NCBI GenBank assembly: GCA_963817985.1
Contig: CAWFQI010000005.1
Location: forward strand, 35,731 to 99,730
DNA from: an uncultured Acidimicrobiaceae bacterium
Lineage (GTDB): Bacteria; Actinomycetota; Acidimicrobiia; Acidimicrobiales; RAAP-2
Reading direction: 5' to 3'
DNA length: 64,000 nt
Under the pieces are notes generated by a model. The model had not been told where the DNA came from. It searched no databases and saw only the letters and a program-made list of their open reading frames with translations. Positions 37,660 through 45,762 of the stretch are shown one piece after another; within the stretch, counting starts at the first letter, position 1, and each line of letters starts with the position of its first letter. The position numbers were made by a program, and so were the translations under genes.

Positions 37660-37717
37660 CGTCTTCACAAGATCTGCTCCTCTTTCCGCCGGTGCGAACC
37701 ACCGGCTGTCACAAACC

Positions 37718-38119
37718 TCAACGTCGCTCCTGAATGCGGACCAGATTCCCTGAGGGATCCCGAAATGCACAGTCGCGAACTCCCCAAGGCTGAGATGCCG
37801 GCTCCTGAAGGACCTCCGCACCCGACGCCTGAACCTTGTCGAACGTGGCATCGAGATCGTCGGAGGCAAAGATGGCGGCTTGGAGCGATCCCTGTGTCAC
37901 GAGGGCCAGGAGGGCGTCCCCTTCAGCTTCGGAGCGCCCGCCGTGTGGCTGGGAGAGCACGACGTCGACGTCCTGACCTTGGGCGCCAACGGTGACCCAA
38001 CGGAATTCGCCCGCTTTGACGTCATTGCGGACCTCGAGGCCGAGGGCATCTCGATAGAAGCCGAGCGCGACATCAGGGTCGTGGACGGGGATGAACATGG
38101 TGGAAACGGTGACTGGCAT
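37718..38119 (-). CDS. VOC (glyoxalase/bleomycin-resistance/dioxygenase) family protein
   Basis: 133 aa with paired beta-alpha-beta-beta-beta modules (...IPVHDPDVALGFYRDALGLEV...). Confidence 0.8.
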   Translation of the reverse strand: MPVTVSTMFIPVHDPDVALGFYRDALGLEVRNDVKAGEFRWVTVGAQGQDVDVVLSQPHGGRSEAEGDALLALVTQGSLQAAIFASDDLDATFDKVQASGAEVLQEPASQPWGVRDCAFRDPSGNLVRIQERR

Positions 38120-38190
38120 AGGCCAATGGTAGAAGTCCTCATCGGCTGTTTGCTTCTCCGATCGTGCTTAGTACGGGAGGGCTCGGGCGA

Positions 38191-38601
38191 TCAGGCCACC
38201 GCTGCAGCACGTCGAGGCCGCGTCACTACCATGCTCACACACGACGGGATGAACTCGCTGTCTCGATGATCACGTGCGCGGTACCGCGATGGGGTCTCAC
38301 CGACAATCTCGGTGAAGCGTGAACTGAACGAGCCGAGTGATGTGCAGCCGACGGCGATGCACGCATCGGTCACCGACATCCCGGTGCGGAGAAAGGCCTT
38401 GGCCCGTTCCATTCTCCGAGTCATGAGATAGGCATAGGGCGATTCTCCATAGGTGGCCCGGAACTTCCGCGAAAAGTGCGCTGGCGACATGTGGGCAGCA
38501 CTGGATATTGCCGGCACATCGAGCGGTTGCGCGTAGTTCCGGTCCATGAAGTCACGCGCCCGACGAAGGTGGGCAAGATCAGCCATCTCCTCGGAGGTCA
38601 T
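38191..38601 (-). CDS. AraC-family transcriptional regulator (HTH domain only)
   Basis: ...PLDVPAISSAAHMSPAHFSRKFRATYGESPYAYLMTRRMERAKAFL...VTDACIAVGCTSLGSFSSRF is a double AraC HTH. I placed the start at M38 (38601). Lies immediately upstream of the VOC gene. Confidence 0.8.
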   Translation of the reverse strand: MTSEEMADLAHLRRARDFMDRNYAQPLDVPAISSAAHMSPAHFSRKFRATYGESPYAYLMTRRMERAKAFLRTGMSVTDACIAVGCTSLGSFSSRFTEIVGETPSRYRARDHRDSEFIPSCVSMVVTRPRRAAAVA

Positions 38602-38741
38602 ATAGGCGATGGTAGGGGGACCCGACGTTCCAGGAGAAATCGCCCCGGGGATCGCAACGTAGGCCCAGGCAAGACCTGCCTCGGTAAGGGCCGGCTCCGT
38701 CGCCGGTAGCATCCTCTCCTTATGCCGAAACGGTTGACCAC

Positions 38742-39545
38742 GTGACCGACGTCTCCGGTCCCGGAACCTCAGTCCCGAGCCGGCTCGGGGTTACGGCGCG
38801 GTTCACCGACAACGAGCTCGTTCTCGAGCTCAGGCCGCAGCCGGAAGCTCTGCATTGTGGCGTCGTCCGCGCCAGCGTCCTCTCGTTCGTCATCGACGTT
38901 GTAGCCGGTATCCCCCTGGATCAGGATGCGCAGGCGTGGACGCTCACCTCGGACATGTCCGTGCGAATGCGACCGATCCCCGCGCCCCCTCGCATCGATG
39001 CCACCAGCCGGATCGTGCGCCAGGGACGACGATCGGCCACCTGCCTCGTGGAGTTGCTATCCGATGTGGGGGCGCCCGTTGCCACGGGCGCCATCGGATT
39101 CGCCAAGGTTCCCCGCAAGGAGACCGATCCACCCAAGCCCAATGTCCCACTCGGACAGACCCCGGTCATCTTCCGTGACTCGACTGCTCTCGATAAGCCG
39201 TTGCGTGAAGAAGCGGGCATCGTAGTGATCGATCCCACTGAGGGCATCGTGGAGGTCGAGGTCACAGCAGACCTCCGCAATCCCGCCGGAACTATGCAGG
39301 GAGCCATGGTGGCCCTGCTGGCCGAAGCAGCTGCCGAGGATCTGCTGACCACACGGTTCGGGGCGCCTGTAGTCGTGACCGACCTCGATATCCGCTATCT
39401 CCGAAAGACTGAATTGGGGCCGGTGCGCTCGCAGAGCAGGCTGCTCGGGAGCGGACCCGATTCATCGGTCGAGGTACGTCTCATCGACACCTCCACCGAT
39501 TCGGTCACCTCGTTGGTCTACGCCCGCGGGGTACCGGGCCCCTAA
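38742..39545 (+). CDS. Hotdog-fold (PaaI-like) thioesterase, double-domain
   Basis: Two PaaI-like segments (...LHCGVVRASVLSFVIDVVAG... and ...GTMQGAMVALLAEAAAED...). GTG start. Confidence 0.55.
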   Translation: MTDVSGPGTSVPSRLGVTARFTDNELVLELRPQPEALHCGVVRASVLSFVIDVVAGIPLDQDAQAWTLTSDMSVRMRPIPAPPRIDATSRIVRQGRRSATCLVELLSDVGAPVATGAIGFAKVPRKETDPPKPNVPLGQTPVIFRDSTALDKPLREEAGIVVIDPTEGIVEVEVTADLRNPAGTMQGAMVALLAEAAAEDLLTTRFGAPVVVTDLDIRYLRKTELGPVRSQSRLLGSGPDSSVEVRLIDTSTDSVTSLVYARGVPGP

Positions 39546-39599
39546 CCGGTGGAGGCTGGATGACCCACTCGCACACGAGTGGGCAGCTCCTGACTGGCA

Positions 39600-40112
39600 C
39601 TACCGAAGAATCTCCACCAGCAGCACCCACCCGTTGATGGACGCCGCCACGAAGGCCAGGAGCACCGCGGCGAGCACCCAGTAGAGGCCGCCTCCCCCGC
39701 CAGCCAGGAGGCTCAGTCCGCCGGCGACGGCGGCCAGACTCGGGAGGAGGAGCACTATGAGGTGTCTGAATCTCGGCGACTCCTGCTCGCCAGCTGCCGG
39801 CTTCCTCGGAGTGATCCGCACGGCCTGGGCCGCCACCACCACTCCGGTGGCCGCGATCTCCACGCCGAGCACTCGATTTCCCTGCGCCGGGGCCAGGGCG
39901 AACCCGGAAATGAGGAGCGCGCTCAAGAGGACACCGAGCGTTCCGGCGGCCCTGCCAGGAAGGTAGGGGAACTTGAGAATCTGTTGGAGATTGATCGAGA
40001 CGGCAACAAACAGGAGACCGGTGAACGCGGCCGAGGCGCCGATGGTCCCGACGAAGAAGTCGTGCCAAGCCAGTGGGTGGTACGCAGCCATCCGCAAAGG
40101 ATGACATCCCAA
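39600..40112 (-). CDS. Hypothetical integral membrane protein
   Basis: Five hydrophobic helices. An alternative start is M8 at 40091. Confidence 0.6.
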   Translation of the reverse strand: MGCHPLRMAAYHPLAWHDFFVGTIGASAAFTGLLFVAVSINLQQILKFPYLPGRAAGTLGVLLSALLISGFALAPAQGNRVLGVEIAATGVVVAAQAVRITPRKPAAGEQESPRFRHLIVLLLPSLAAVAGGLSLLAGGGGGLYWVLAAVLLAFVAASINGWVLLVEILR

Positions 40113-40148
40113 CCTCTCGTCTCGCCGGTTCCGGGACTCCTTGGCTCG

Positions 40149-40619
40149 TCAGCCTGCCTCGGGCTGGTACAGCGCCGACATCGCCTCTCTGAGGCCGGAA
40201 CCCACGATCTCGATCCGAACCCCGAGGCCGTTGCGGTGGTAGGAAAACGACACGGGCGCCTGATCACCGGCGCGCCCGCAGAGCTGCAGAGGACACCCCG
40301 ATCCGGCCAGGCGGGCCCCGTCGACCTCCAAGTCCTCGCTCCAGACCCCGATGTGGTGGAGATTCGAGGACTCATTGCAGACCCAGAGTGACCCTGGGAC
40401 CTCCTCGATCAGCTCGAGATGGGGATCGTCTGTCGAGTAGCACATCGTGGTGGGCAGCTCGACATCGTTACCGGCGGCATCGCGGTAGGCAACGCTGTCG
40501 AGGTGGAGTGTCGGTCCCCAGGTCACGCCCAGCTGCTCACTCAACTCCACCTGTGCTGCGGGTAGGTCCGGCACCACGATCCCGACGTGGAAGTACGGCA
40601 CCAGCGGTTTCGGGCTCAT
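40149..40619 (-). CDS. VOC family protein (glyoxalase-like)
   Basis: N-terminus ...FHVGIVVPDLPAAQVELSEQLG... and a second module with HHIGVW. Confidence 0.75.
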   Translation of the reverse strand: MSPKPLVPYFHVGIVVPDLPAAQVELSEQLGVTWGPTLHLDSVAYRDAAGNDVELPTTMCYSTDDPHLELIEEVPGSLWVCNESSNLHHIGVWSEDLEVDGARLAGSGCPLQLCGRAGDQAPVSFSYHRNGLGVRIEIVGSGLREAMSALYQPEAG

Positions 40620-40835
40620 CGGCTACACCCAGGAGCGATCACGGGTACCTCGCACAAGGACCGAGGGGACCATCTGGGATCCGAAGGAGCGGATGACACC
40701 GTGTTTGACCGAGCAGGCACCGCCGCTCACGGTACTCGCTGCCCGCACGACACGACGGCGACTCGGGCGTCGCCGCAAAACGGGGTTCCTCAGTGTGCGT
40801 GGCGGGACCGACGAGTCGGGAAGTACAATGAACTC

Positions 40836-40901
40836 GTGCGTTCTTATTGGTGGTTTAACGGGCCGGCCCAGGACGGGCCTCGGAGCGGCATCCCGCACTG
40901 A
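40836..40901 (+). CDS. Aromatic-rich leader peptide (21 aa, VRSYWWFNGPAQDGPRSGIPH)
   Basis: GTG 40836. Consecutive TAT-TGG-TGG-TTT codons at 40845-40856. Stop TGA 40899-40901. Followed by a terminator hairpin and then the DAHP synthase gene. Confidence 0.55.
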   Translation: MRSYWWFNGPAQDGPRSGIPH

Positions 40902-40927
40902 GCGCACACCCATCCAGGACCGGCTCC

Positions 40928-40962
40928 AAGGCAGAGGCTCACCGCCTCTGCCTTTTGCTTTG
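40928..40962 (+). terminator. Intrinsic terminator (attenuator) upstream of DAHP synthase
   Basis: AAGGCAGAGGC (40928-40938), loop tcacc, then GCCTCTGCCTT (40944-40954). The T-tract TTTTGCTTT (40953-40961) begins within the last two stem bases. The stem is 9 bp of perfect G/C-rich pairing plus 2 A-T pairs. Confidence 0.7.
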
Positions 40963-41054
40963 CCCCTTATCAAGGCAAGCCGGTCACCTCCCGGGTCGAT
41001 CGGATTGCGGGAAGGAACATCGTGGTACCAGGCATTACCGCACACGGGTGGCGG

Positions 41055-42131
41055 ATGACCGAACGTCGCCCACTCGTCTTACCGGGGGATGTGCGTGGCG
41101 CGCTGCCCATCGGGCCTCGTAGCCACGCGGTCGTCCAGGCCGCCCGGCGATCGGCCGCCTCGATCCTGCACGGCACCGACGACCGCTTACTGGTCATCGT
41201 CGGTCCCTGCTCGATCCATGATCCGGTGGCGGCGCTCGACTACGCACGACGGCTGTCCGACGTCGCCCACGACCTCGCCGACGAGCTCGTGATCGTGATG
41301 CGCACCTACTTCGAGAAACCGCGCACCACGGTGGGCTGGAAAGGACTCCTCACCGATCCGGGGATGGACGATACGTACCTCGTCAACGAGGGGATCGTGG
41401 CCGCGCGCCATCTCCTCATGGACATTCTCGACATGGGACTTGCGGTTGGGGGCGAGTTCGTCGATCCCCTGGCGGCGCCATTCCTCGCTGACGCCATGAG
41501 TTGGGGATCAGTAGGGGCACGAACCTCACAGAGCCCGATTCACCGCCAGCTGGCCAGCGCCCTGCCCATGCCCATCGGCTTCAAGAACGCCACCAGCGGC
41601 GAGGTGGGCGTGGCCATCGACGCAGCGCGGGCCGCAGCGATTCCACAGCTCGCCCTCAGCCTCACCGACGAAGGTCGGGCCGCCACCTTCGACACGGCCG
41701 GAAACCCGGACGGACACGTGGTGCTTCGGGGTGGCAGCGGTGGCCCCAACTTCGATGCTGCCACCGTTGAGCACACGCACTCCACCATGGTCAGTGCGGG
41801 CCTGGCCGGCGGTGTGATCATCGACGCCAGCCACGACAACAGCGGAAAGGACCACCGGAAGCAGACCACCGTGGCCGCCCAGGTCTCTGCGGCCGTAGCC
41901 CGGGCTGAACCTGGGTTCGCCGGAATCATGCTCGAGAGCTTTCTCGTCGCCGGCCGACAGAGCGCCCTACCGGGCCGACCAACGGCTCTGACCTTCGGAC
42001 AGAGTGTCACCGACGCCTGCATGGGCTGGGAGGACACGACCGCCACCCTCGAGCGGTTGGCTCGTGCCGCGGTCATGCGTCGACGAGCCAAATCGGGCCG
42101 GGCTCCGGTCACCTGTGCGGTGGCCCACTGA
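41055..42131 (+). CDS. 3-deoxy-7-phosphoheptulonate (DAHP) synthase, class I (AroF/G/H type)
   Basis: ...GTDDRLLVIVGPCSIHDP...YFEKPRTTVGWKGL...DP... matches E. coli AroG-type signatures. Start at ATG 41055 or GTG 41022. Confidence 0.9.
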   Translation: MTERRPLVLPGDVRGALPIGPRSHAVVQAARRSAASILHGTDDRLLVIVGPCSIHDPVAALDYARRLSDVAHDLADELVIVMRTYFEKPRTTVGWKGLLTDPGMDDTYLVNEGIVAARHLLMDILDMGLAVGGEFVDPLAAPFLADAMSWGSVGARTSQSPIHRQLASALPMPIGFKNATSGEVGVAIDAARAAAIPQLALSLTDEGRAATFDTAGNPDGHVVLRGGSGGPNFDAATVEHTHSTMVSAGLAGGVIIDASHDNSGKDHRKQTTVAAQVSAAVARAEPGFAGIMLESFLVAGRQSALPGRPTALTFGQSVTDACMGWEDTTATLERLARAAVMRRRAKSGRAPVTCAVAH

Positions 42132-42347
42132 GGCTCACAGCACGGGTCGGCCCCGGCCCGGCGGTCGTCTGGCAGGCCCTCGCCCCGGCACCCGGATCCG
42201 AAGGGCCCACCGGGCTCCCCCCGATGGGCCCTCGTAGGGAGTGATGGGTGGGCTTGAGCCCCTGGCCCGCCAGGGAGCCCAGTGATTCTCTCCGCGCTAT
42301 CGTGCTCACGTTCTTCACGATCCACAGGCAAGGACCAAGGGGGCCCG

Positions 42348-42884
42348 ATGACTCGATTCGTCGAAAGCACGATCACGTTCCCGTACAAGCGGTCGCTCGG
42401 CCCGGTCGTCGGCGCCTTCATGACCGCACTGACCGAGAAGCAGATCCTCGGGATCCGCTCGGGCGAGTCGGTGCTCGTACCCCCCATGGAATGGGACCCA
42501 GCTACCGGAGCTGAGCTGCCCCATGAGTTCGTGGAGGTGGGACCGGCGGGCACGGTCGAATCGTGGACCTGGGTACCGGTTCCCTCAATCCAGCACCCCC
42601 TGGACCATCCTTTCGCCTTCGCCCTCATCCGGCTCGACGGGGCGACCACGCCCCTGCTCCATGCCGTCGATGGGGACAACCCTGGAGCGATGGCCGAGGG
42701 GATGCGGGTCGCTCCCCGCTGGCGAGGCGCTCGAGAGGGCCGCATCGACGACATCATCTGTTTCGTCCCTGGCGAGATTCCCGTGGTCGAGGGTGAGGAC
42801 ACCGGTGGCGCCGGCCGAGCCGGTGACCCGCATGGACTATCTGGCCTCGATCACCTATCGGAATCCGGTTCCCGAGGCCGCTGA
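42348..42884 (+). CDS. DUF35 OB-fold protein (N-terminal module); may be fused to the next ORF
   Basis: ATG 42348 after AAGGGGG. ...FPYKRSLGPVVGAFMTALTEKQILG...FAFALIRLDGATT... is an OB-fold acyl-CoA-associated domain. The tail after about 42810 looks like out-of-frame read-through. Confidence 0.65.
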   Translation: MTRFVESTITFPYKRSLGPVVGAFMTALTEKQILGIRSGESVLVPPMEWDPATGAELPHEFVEVGPAGTVESWTWVPVPSIQHPLDHPFAFALIRLDGATTPLLHAVDGDNPGAMAEGMRVAPRWRGAREGRIDDIICFVPGEIPVVEGEDTGGAGRAGDPHGLSGLDHLSESGSRGR

Positions 42885-43335
42885 CCGGGCTACTGCAGCA
42901 TCGAAGGAGCACCGGCTCCTCGGGTTGCGCTGTCCGGTCTGCTCCCGGGTGTACGCGGGCGGAAGGGGCTACTGCCCGATCGACGCCATCGAGCTGGGTC
43001 CTGAGTGCGAAGAAGACCTTCCCCACACCGGAACGATCACCAACTTCGCCATCGTGACCCCGGTGCCGTACCCCGGACAGACCGAGACGGAGCCGTTCGT
43101 GCGAGCGTTCGTCCTTCTCGACGGCACCGACGTCATCATCCCCTACACGCCGGTGATCGAGCTGCCAGCAGATCAGGTGCGGGTCGGTCAGCGGGTCGAC
43201 GCCGTGTGGGCGTCGCCGGCCGAGGAGACCGACGAAGGAGGAGGCATGGGCGGCAACTTCGGCTCGCTGCTCGGGTGGATACCCAACGGCGAACCTGACC
43301 ACAACGACCCCGATCTCGTGAACCGGATCTTCTGA
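42832..43335 (+). CDS. DUF35 Zn-ribbon + OB-fold protein (C-terminal module)
   Basis: MDYLASITYRNPVPE...LRCPVCSRVYAGGRGYCPID (rubredoxin-like ribbon) followed by an OB fold. The frame is open upstream to 42523. It is either an independent start (ATG 42832 or GTG 42823) or a continuation of 42348 after a +1 shift near 42810. Confidence 0.65.
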   Translation: MDYLASITYRNPVPEAADRATAASKEHRLLGLRCPVCSRVYAGGRGYCPIDAIELGPECEEDLPHTGTITNFAIVTPVPYPGQTETEPFVRAFVLLDGTDVIIPYTPVIELPADQVRVGQRVDAVWASPAEETDEGGGMGGNFGSLLGWIPNGEPDHNDPDLVNRIF

Positions 43336-43337
43336 TC

Positions 43338-44366
43338 ATGAGCGCACCCTCACCCGATATCGCCGTCATCGGCTGGGCCCACACCCCCATGGTCCGCCAC
43401 ACCGACAAATCCGAGACGCAGCTGCTCATGGAGGCCATCACCGACGCCATCTCGCCTCTGGGGCTGACCCGGGCCGACATCGACTTCACCTGCCTCGGGA
43501 GTTGCGACTACATCACCGGCCAGGCCTTCTCCTTTGTCTCCAATCTGGATGCCATCGGCGCCTGGCCGCCCAAGCGGGACTCCCACGTCGAGATGGACGG
43601 GGCCTGGGCCCTCTATGAAGCGTGGCTACGGCTGCAGGAGGGCGATATCGAGATCGCCGTGGTCACCGGATCGGGGCGCTCGTCCACCGGCGATCCCGCA
43701 CTCATCTACCCGATGGAGATGGATCCCTACTTTCTGGCCCCATTGGGCGCCGACCCCTTGACCTTCGCGGCCCTGCAGGCCCGGGCGGTGATCGCCTCGG
43801 GCCTGGCCGACGAGCGCTCGATGGCCGAGGTAGCGGTCCGCTCCCGAGGTACCGGTGACGTCGACTCCCTCCTCGAGGACGAGTTCGTGCGCCAGCCGCT
43901 CCGTCGCCACGACGTGCCGCCCATCACCGACGGAGCCGCCGCCATGGTGCTGGCCACGGGCGACCGGGCGCGTCAGCTGATTGCTCGGCCGGCCTACATC
44001 ACCGGGTTCGACCATCGCACCGAATGTCACAATCCCTCGTTCCGTGCCCTGGATGACTCCCCGTCCACCCGGATTGCCGCTGCGGCCGCCGGACTGGGCG
44101 ACGCCCCCGTCGAGGTCGCCGAGCTCCAGGCCGCATTCACCCACGAGGAGCTGCTCTTGAGGAGCGTCCTCGGACTCGGGGAGGACGTCGCCATCAATCC
44201 GTCCGGCGGAGCCCTCCGGGCCAACCCGATCATGGCCACCGGTCTGTGCCGGATCGGCTTCGCCGCCGATCACATCTTCGGGGGTGGAAACCGGGCCCTC
44301 GCCCACTCGACCTCCGGTCCATGCCTACAACAGAACCTCGTCTGCATTTTGGAGGGTCGATCATGA
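43338..44366 (+). CDS. Thiolase-like (SCP-x/Ltp-type) protein
   Basis: 342 aa with thiolase-fold N- and C-halves. Starts 2 nt after the preceding stop, and its stop overlaps the next ATG (ATGA at 44363). Confidence 0.75.
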   Translation: MSAPSPDIAVIGWAHTPMVRHTDKSETQLLMEAITDAISPLGLTRADIDFTCLGSCDYITGQAFSFVSNLDAIGAWPPKRDSHVEMDGAWALYEAWLRLQEGDIEIAVVTGSGRSSTGDPALIYPMEMDPYFLAPLGADPLTFAALQARAVIASGLADERSMAEVAVRSRGTGDVDSLLEDEFVRQPLRRHDVPPITDGAAAMVLATGDRARQLIARPAYITGFDHRTECHNPSFRALDDSPSTRIAAAAAGLGDAPVEVAELQAAFTHEELLLRSVLGLGEDVAINPSGGALRANPIMATGLCRIGFAADHIFGGGNRALAHSTSGPCLQQNLVCILEGRS

Positions 44367-45529
44367 GCACCTCGCCGGTCGCCGTAGTCGGTGTGGGCCA
44401 GACCCACCACAAGTCCCGACGGCTCGATGTGTCCTTCGGCGGGCTGGTCCGCGAGGCCGTCTTCCGTGCACTCGACGATGCGCACATGACCCTGGCCGAC
44501 ATCGATGCGGTGGTGCTCGGCAAAGCTCCCGACCTCTTCGAGGGGGTGATGAAGCCCGAGCTCTATCTGTCCGATGCCCTCGGGGCGGTGGGCAAGCCCA
44601 TGTTCCGGGTCCACACGGCCGGATCGGTAGGGGGGACGACGGCCATCGTGGCCGCCTCCCACGTCCAGGCGGGCAAGCACCGGACGGTGATGGCGGTGGC
44701 CTTCGAGAAGCAGTCCGAGGGAAACGCCCAGTTCGCCCTGGGCAGTGGCAAGGGAGCATCCCTTGGAGCCGGAGGCGCCTTCGCCCCGTTCATCAGGGCT
44801 TACATCCAGCGAAGTGGGGCCCCTGAGCACATCGGCTGGAAGGTGGCGGTGAAGGATCGGCTCAACGCCCTGAAGAACCCCTACGCCCACTTGAAGATCG
44901 AGGACATCTCCATCGAGAAGGTGAAGGCCTCGCCCATGATGTGGGAGCCGACCCGCTTCCTCGAATCGTGCCCCTCCTCCGACGGAGCGTGCGCCGTGGT
45001 CCTCACCGATGAGGCCGGCGGCAAGGCGGCTGCGGCTGACGGACGGCCCCCGGCGTGGATCCTCGGGTCGTCCTCCCGATCCGAGCCTCCGAGCTTTCCT
45101 GGGCGTGACCCGGTCCGGCCCGCCGCCGCCCTCCAGTGTGCAGCCGACGTCTACGCTGACGCCGGGATCACCGATCCACGCGGTCAGATCGACATGGCCG
45201 AGCTCTACGTCCCGTTCTCCTGGCTCGAGCCCATCTGGCTCGAGGCCTTCGGGCTGGCCGAAGAGGGCGAAGGATGGAAGATGGTCGACGACGGCACCAC
45301 CGAGCTCAGTGGCTCACTCCCCGTCAATGCTTCCGGGGGCGTTCTTTCGAGCAACCCCATCGGGGCGTCCGGCCTCCTCCGGTTCGCCGAAGCGGCCAAC
45401 CAGGTCCGGGGTGCCGCCGGTGAGCACCAGGTGGACGGGGCCAAAGTGGCGATCGGCATGGCCTATGGGGCCAACAACCAGTACTTCAGCACCTGGGCCG
45501 TCGGGAGCTCGTTGCACCCGTTCGAGTGA
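44363..45529 (+). CDS. Thiolase / nonspecific lipid-transfer-protein-type acetyl-CoA acetyltransferase
   Basis: MSTSPVAVVGVGQTHH..., ...ESCPSSDGACAVVL..., ...NASGGVLSSNPIGASG.... I placed the start at M40 of ORF 44246..45529. Confidence 0.8.
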   Translation: MSTSPVAVVGVGQTHHKSRRLDVSFGGLVREAVFRALDDAHMTLADIDAVVLGKAPDLFEGVMKPELYLSDALGAVGKPMFRVHTAGSVGGTTAIVAASHVQAGKHRTVMAVAFEKQSEGNAQFALGSGKGASLGAGGAFAPFIRAYIQRSGAPEHIGWKVAVKDRLNALKNPYAHLKIEDISIEKVKASPMMWEPTRFLESCPSSDGACAVVLTDEAGGKAAAADGRPPAWILGSSSRSEPPSFPGRDPVRPAAALQCAADVYADAGITDPRGQIDMAELYVPFSWLEPIWLEAFGLAEEGEGWKMVDDGTTELSGSLPVNASGGVLSSNPIGASGLLRFAEAANQVRGAAGEHQVDGAKVAIGMAYGANNQYFSTWAVGSSLHPFE

Positions 45530-45611
45530 CGTTACGGCACCAGGTCGGCCGCCTCCCTTGAGGCACCGTGGGTGCCGGACTTGGACCCCGCATCGCACGC
45601 ATGACCGATCG

Positions 45612-45755
45612 GACGGCTGACGGCTGACGGCTGATGGCTGACGGCTGACGGCTGACGGCGTGACAGCTGAGCGGCCTTGACAGCTGACGGCTGACGGCTG
45701 ACGGCTGACGACTGACGGCTGACGGCTGACGGCTGACGGCTGACGGCTGACGGCT
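45612..45755. repeat. Heptanucleotide tandem repeat (GACGGCT)n, about 20 units in two blocks
   Basis: Block 1 (45612-45660) has 7 units, of which 2 are variants. An interrupted spacer runs 45661-45678. Block 2 (45679-45755) has 11 units, of which 2 are variants. An inverted unit GTCAGCC at 45762-45768 overlaps the GH5 stop codon. Confidence 0.95.
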
Positions 45756-45762
45756 GGACGGG

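Noticed and set aside
40828-41058. Alternative 77-codon ORF from ATG 40828 running through the terminator hairpin into the DAHP synthase start
   Set aside because: It has a slightly better SD spacing than the YWWF frame. However, it has no amino-acid bias, reads straight through the terminator, and overlaps the aro gene start. I preferred the aromatic-codon frame ending 26 nt before the hairpin, and I cannot exclude that both are translated.
42299-42321. KstR-type operator upstream of the DUF35/thiolase operon
   Set aside because: The inverted repeat ATCGTG-N11-CACGAT is real. Only a half-site (AGAACGTG on the minus strand) resembles the TnnAACnnGTTnnA KstR consensus as I recall it, so I make no KstR call.
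41540-42802. 420-aa ORF on the minus strand
   Set aside because: It is antisense to the well-supported DAHP synthase and DUF35 genes. Its translation is Ser/Pro/Arg/Ala-rich with no motifs. This is a typical stop-free antisense frame in a high-GC genome.
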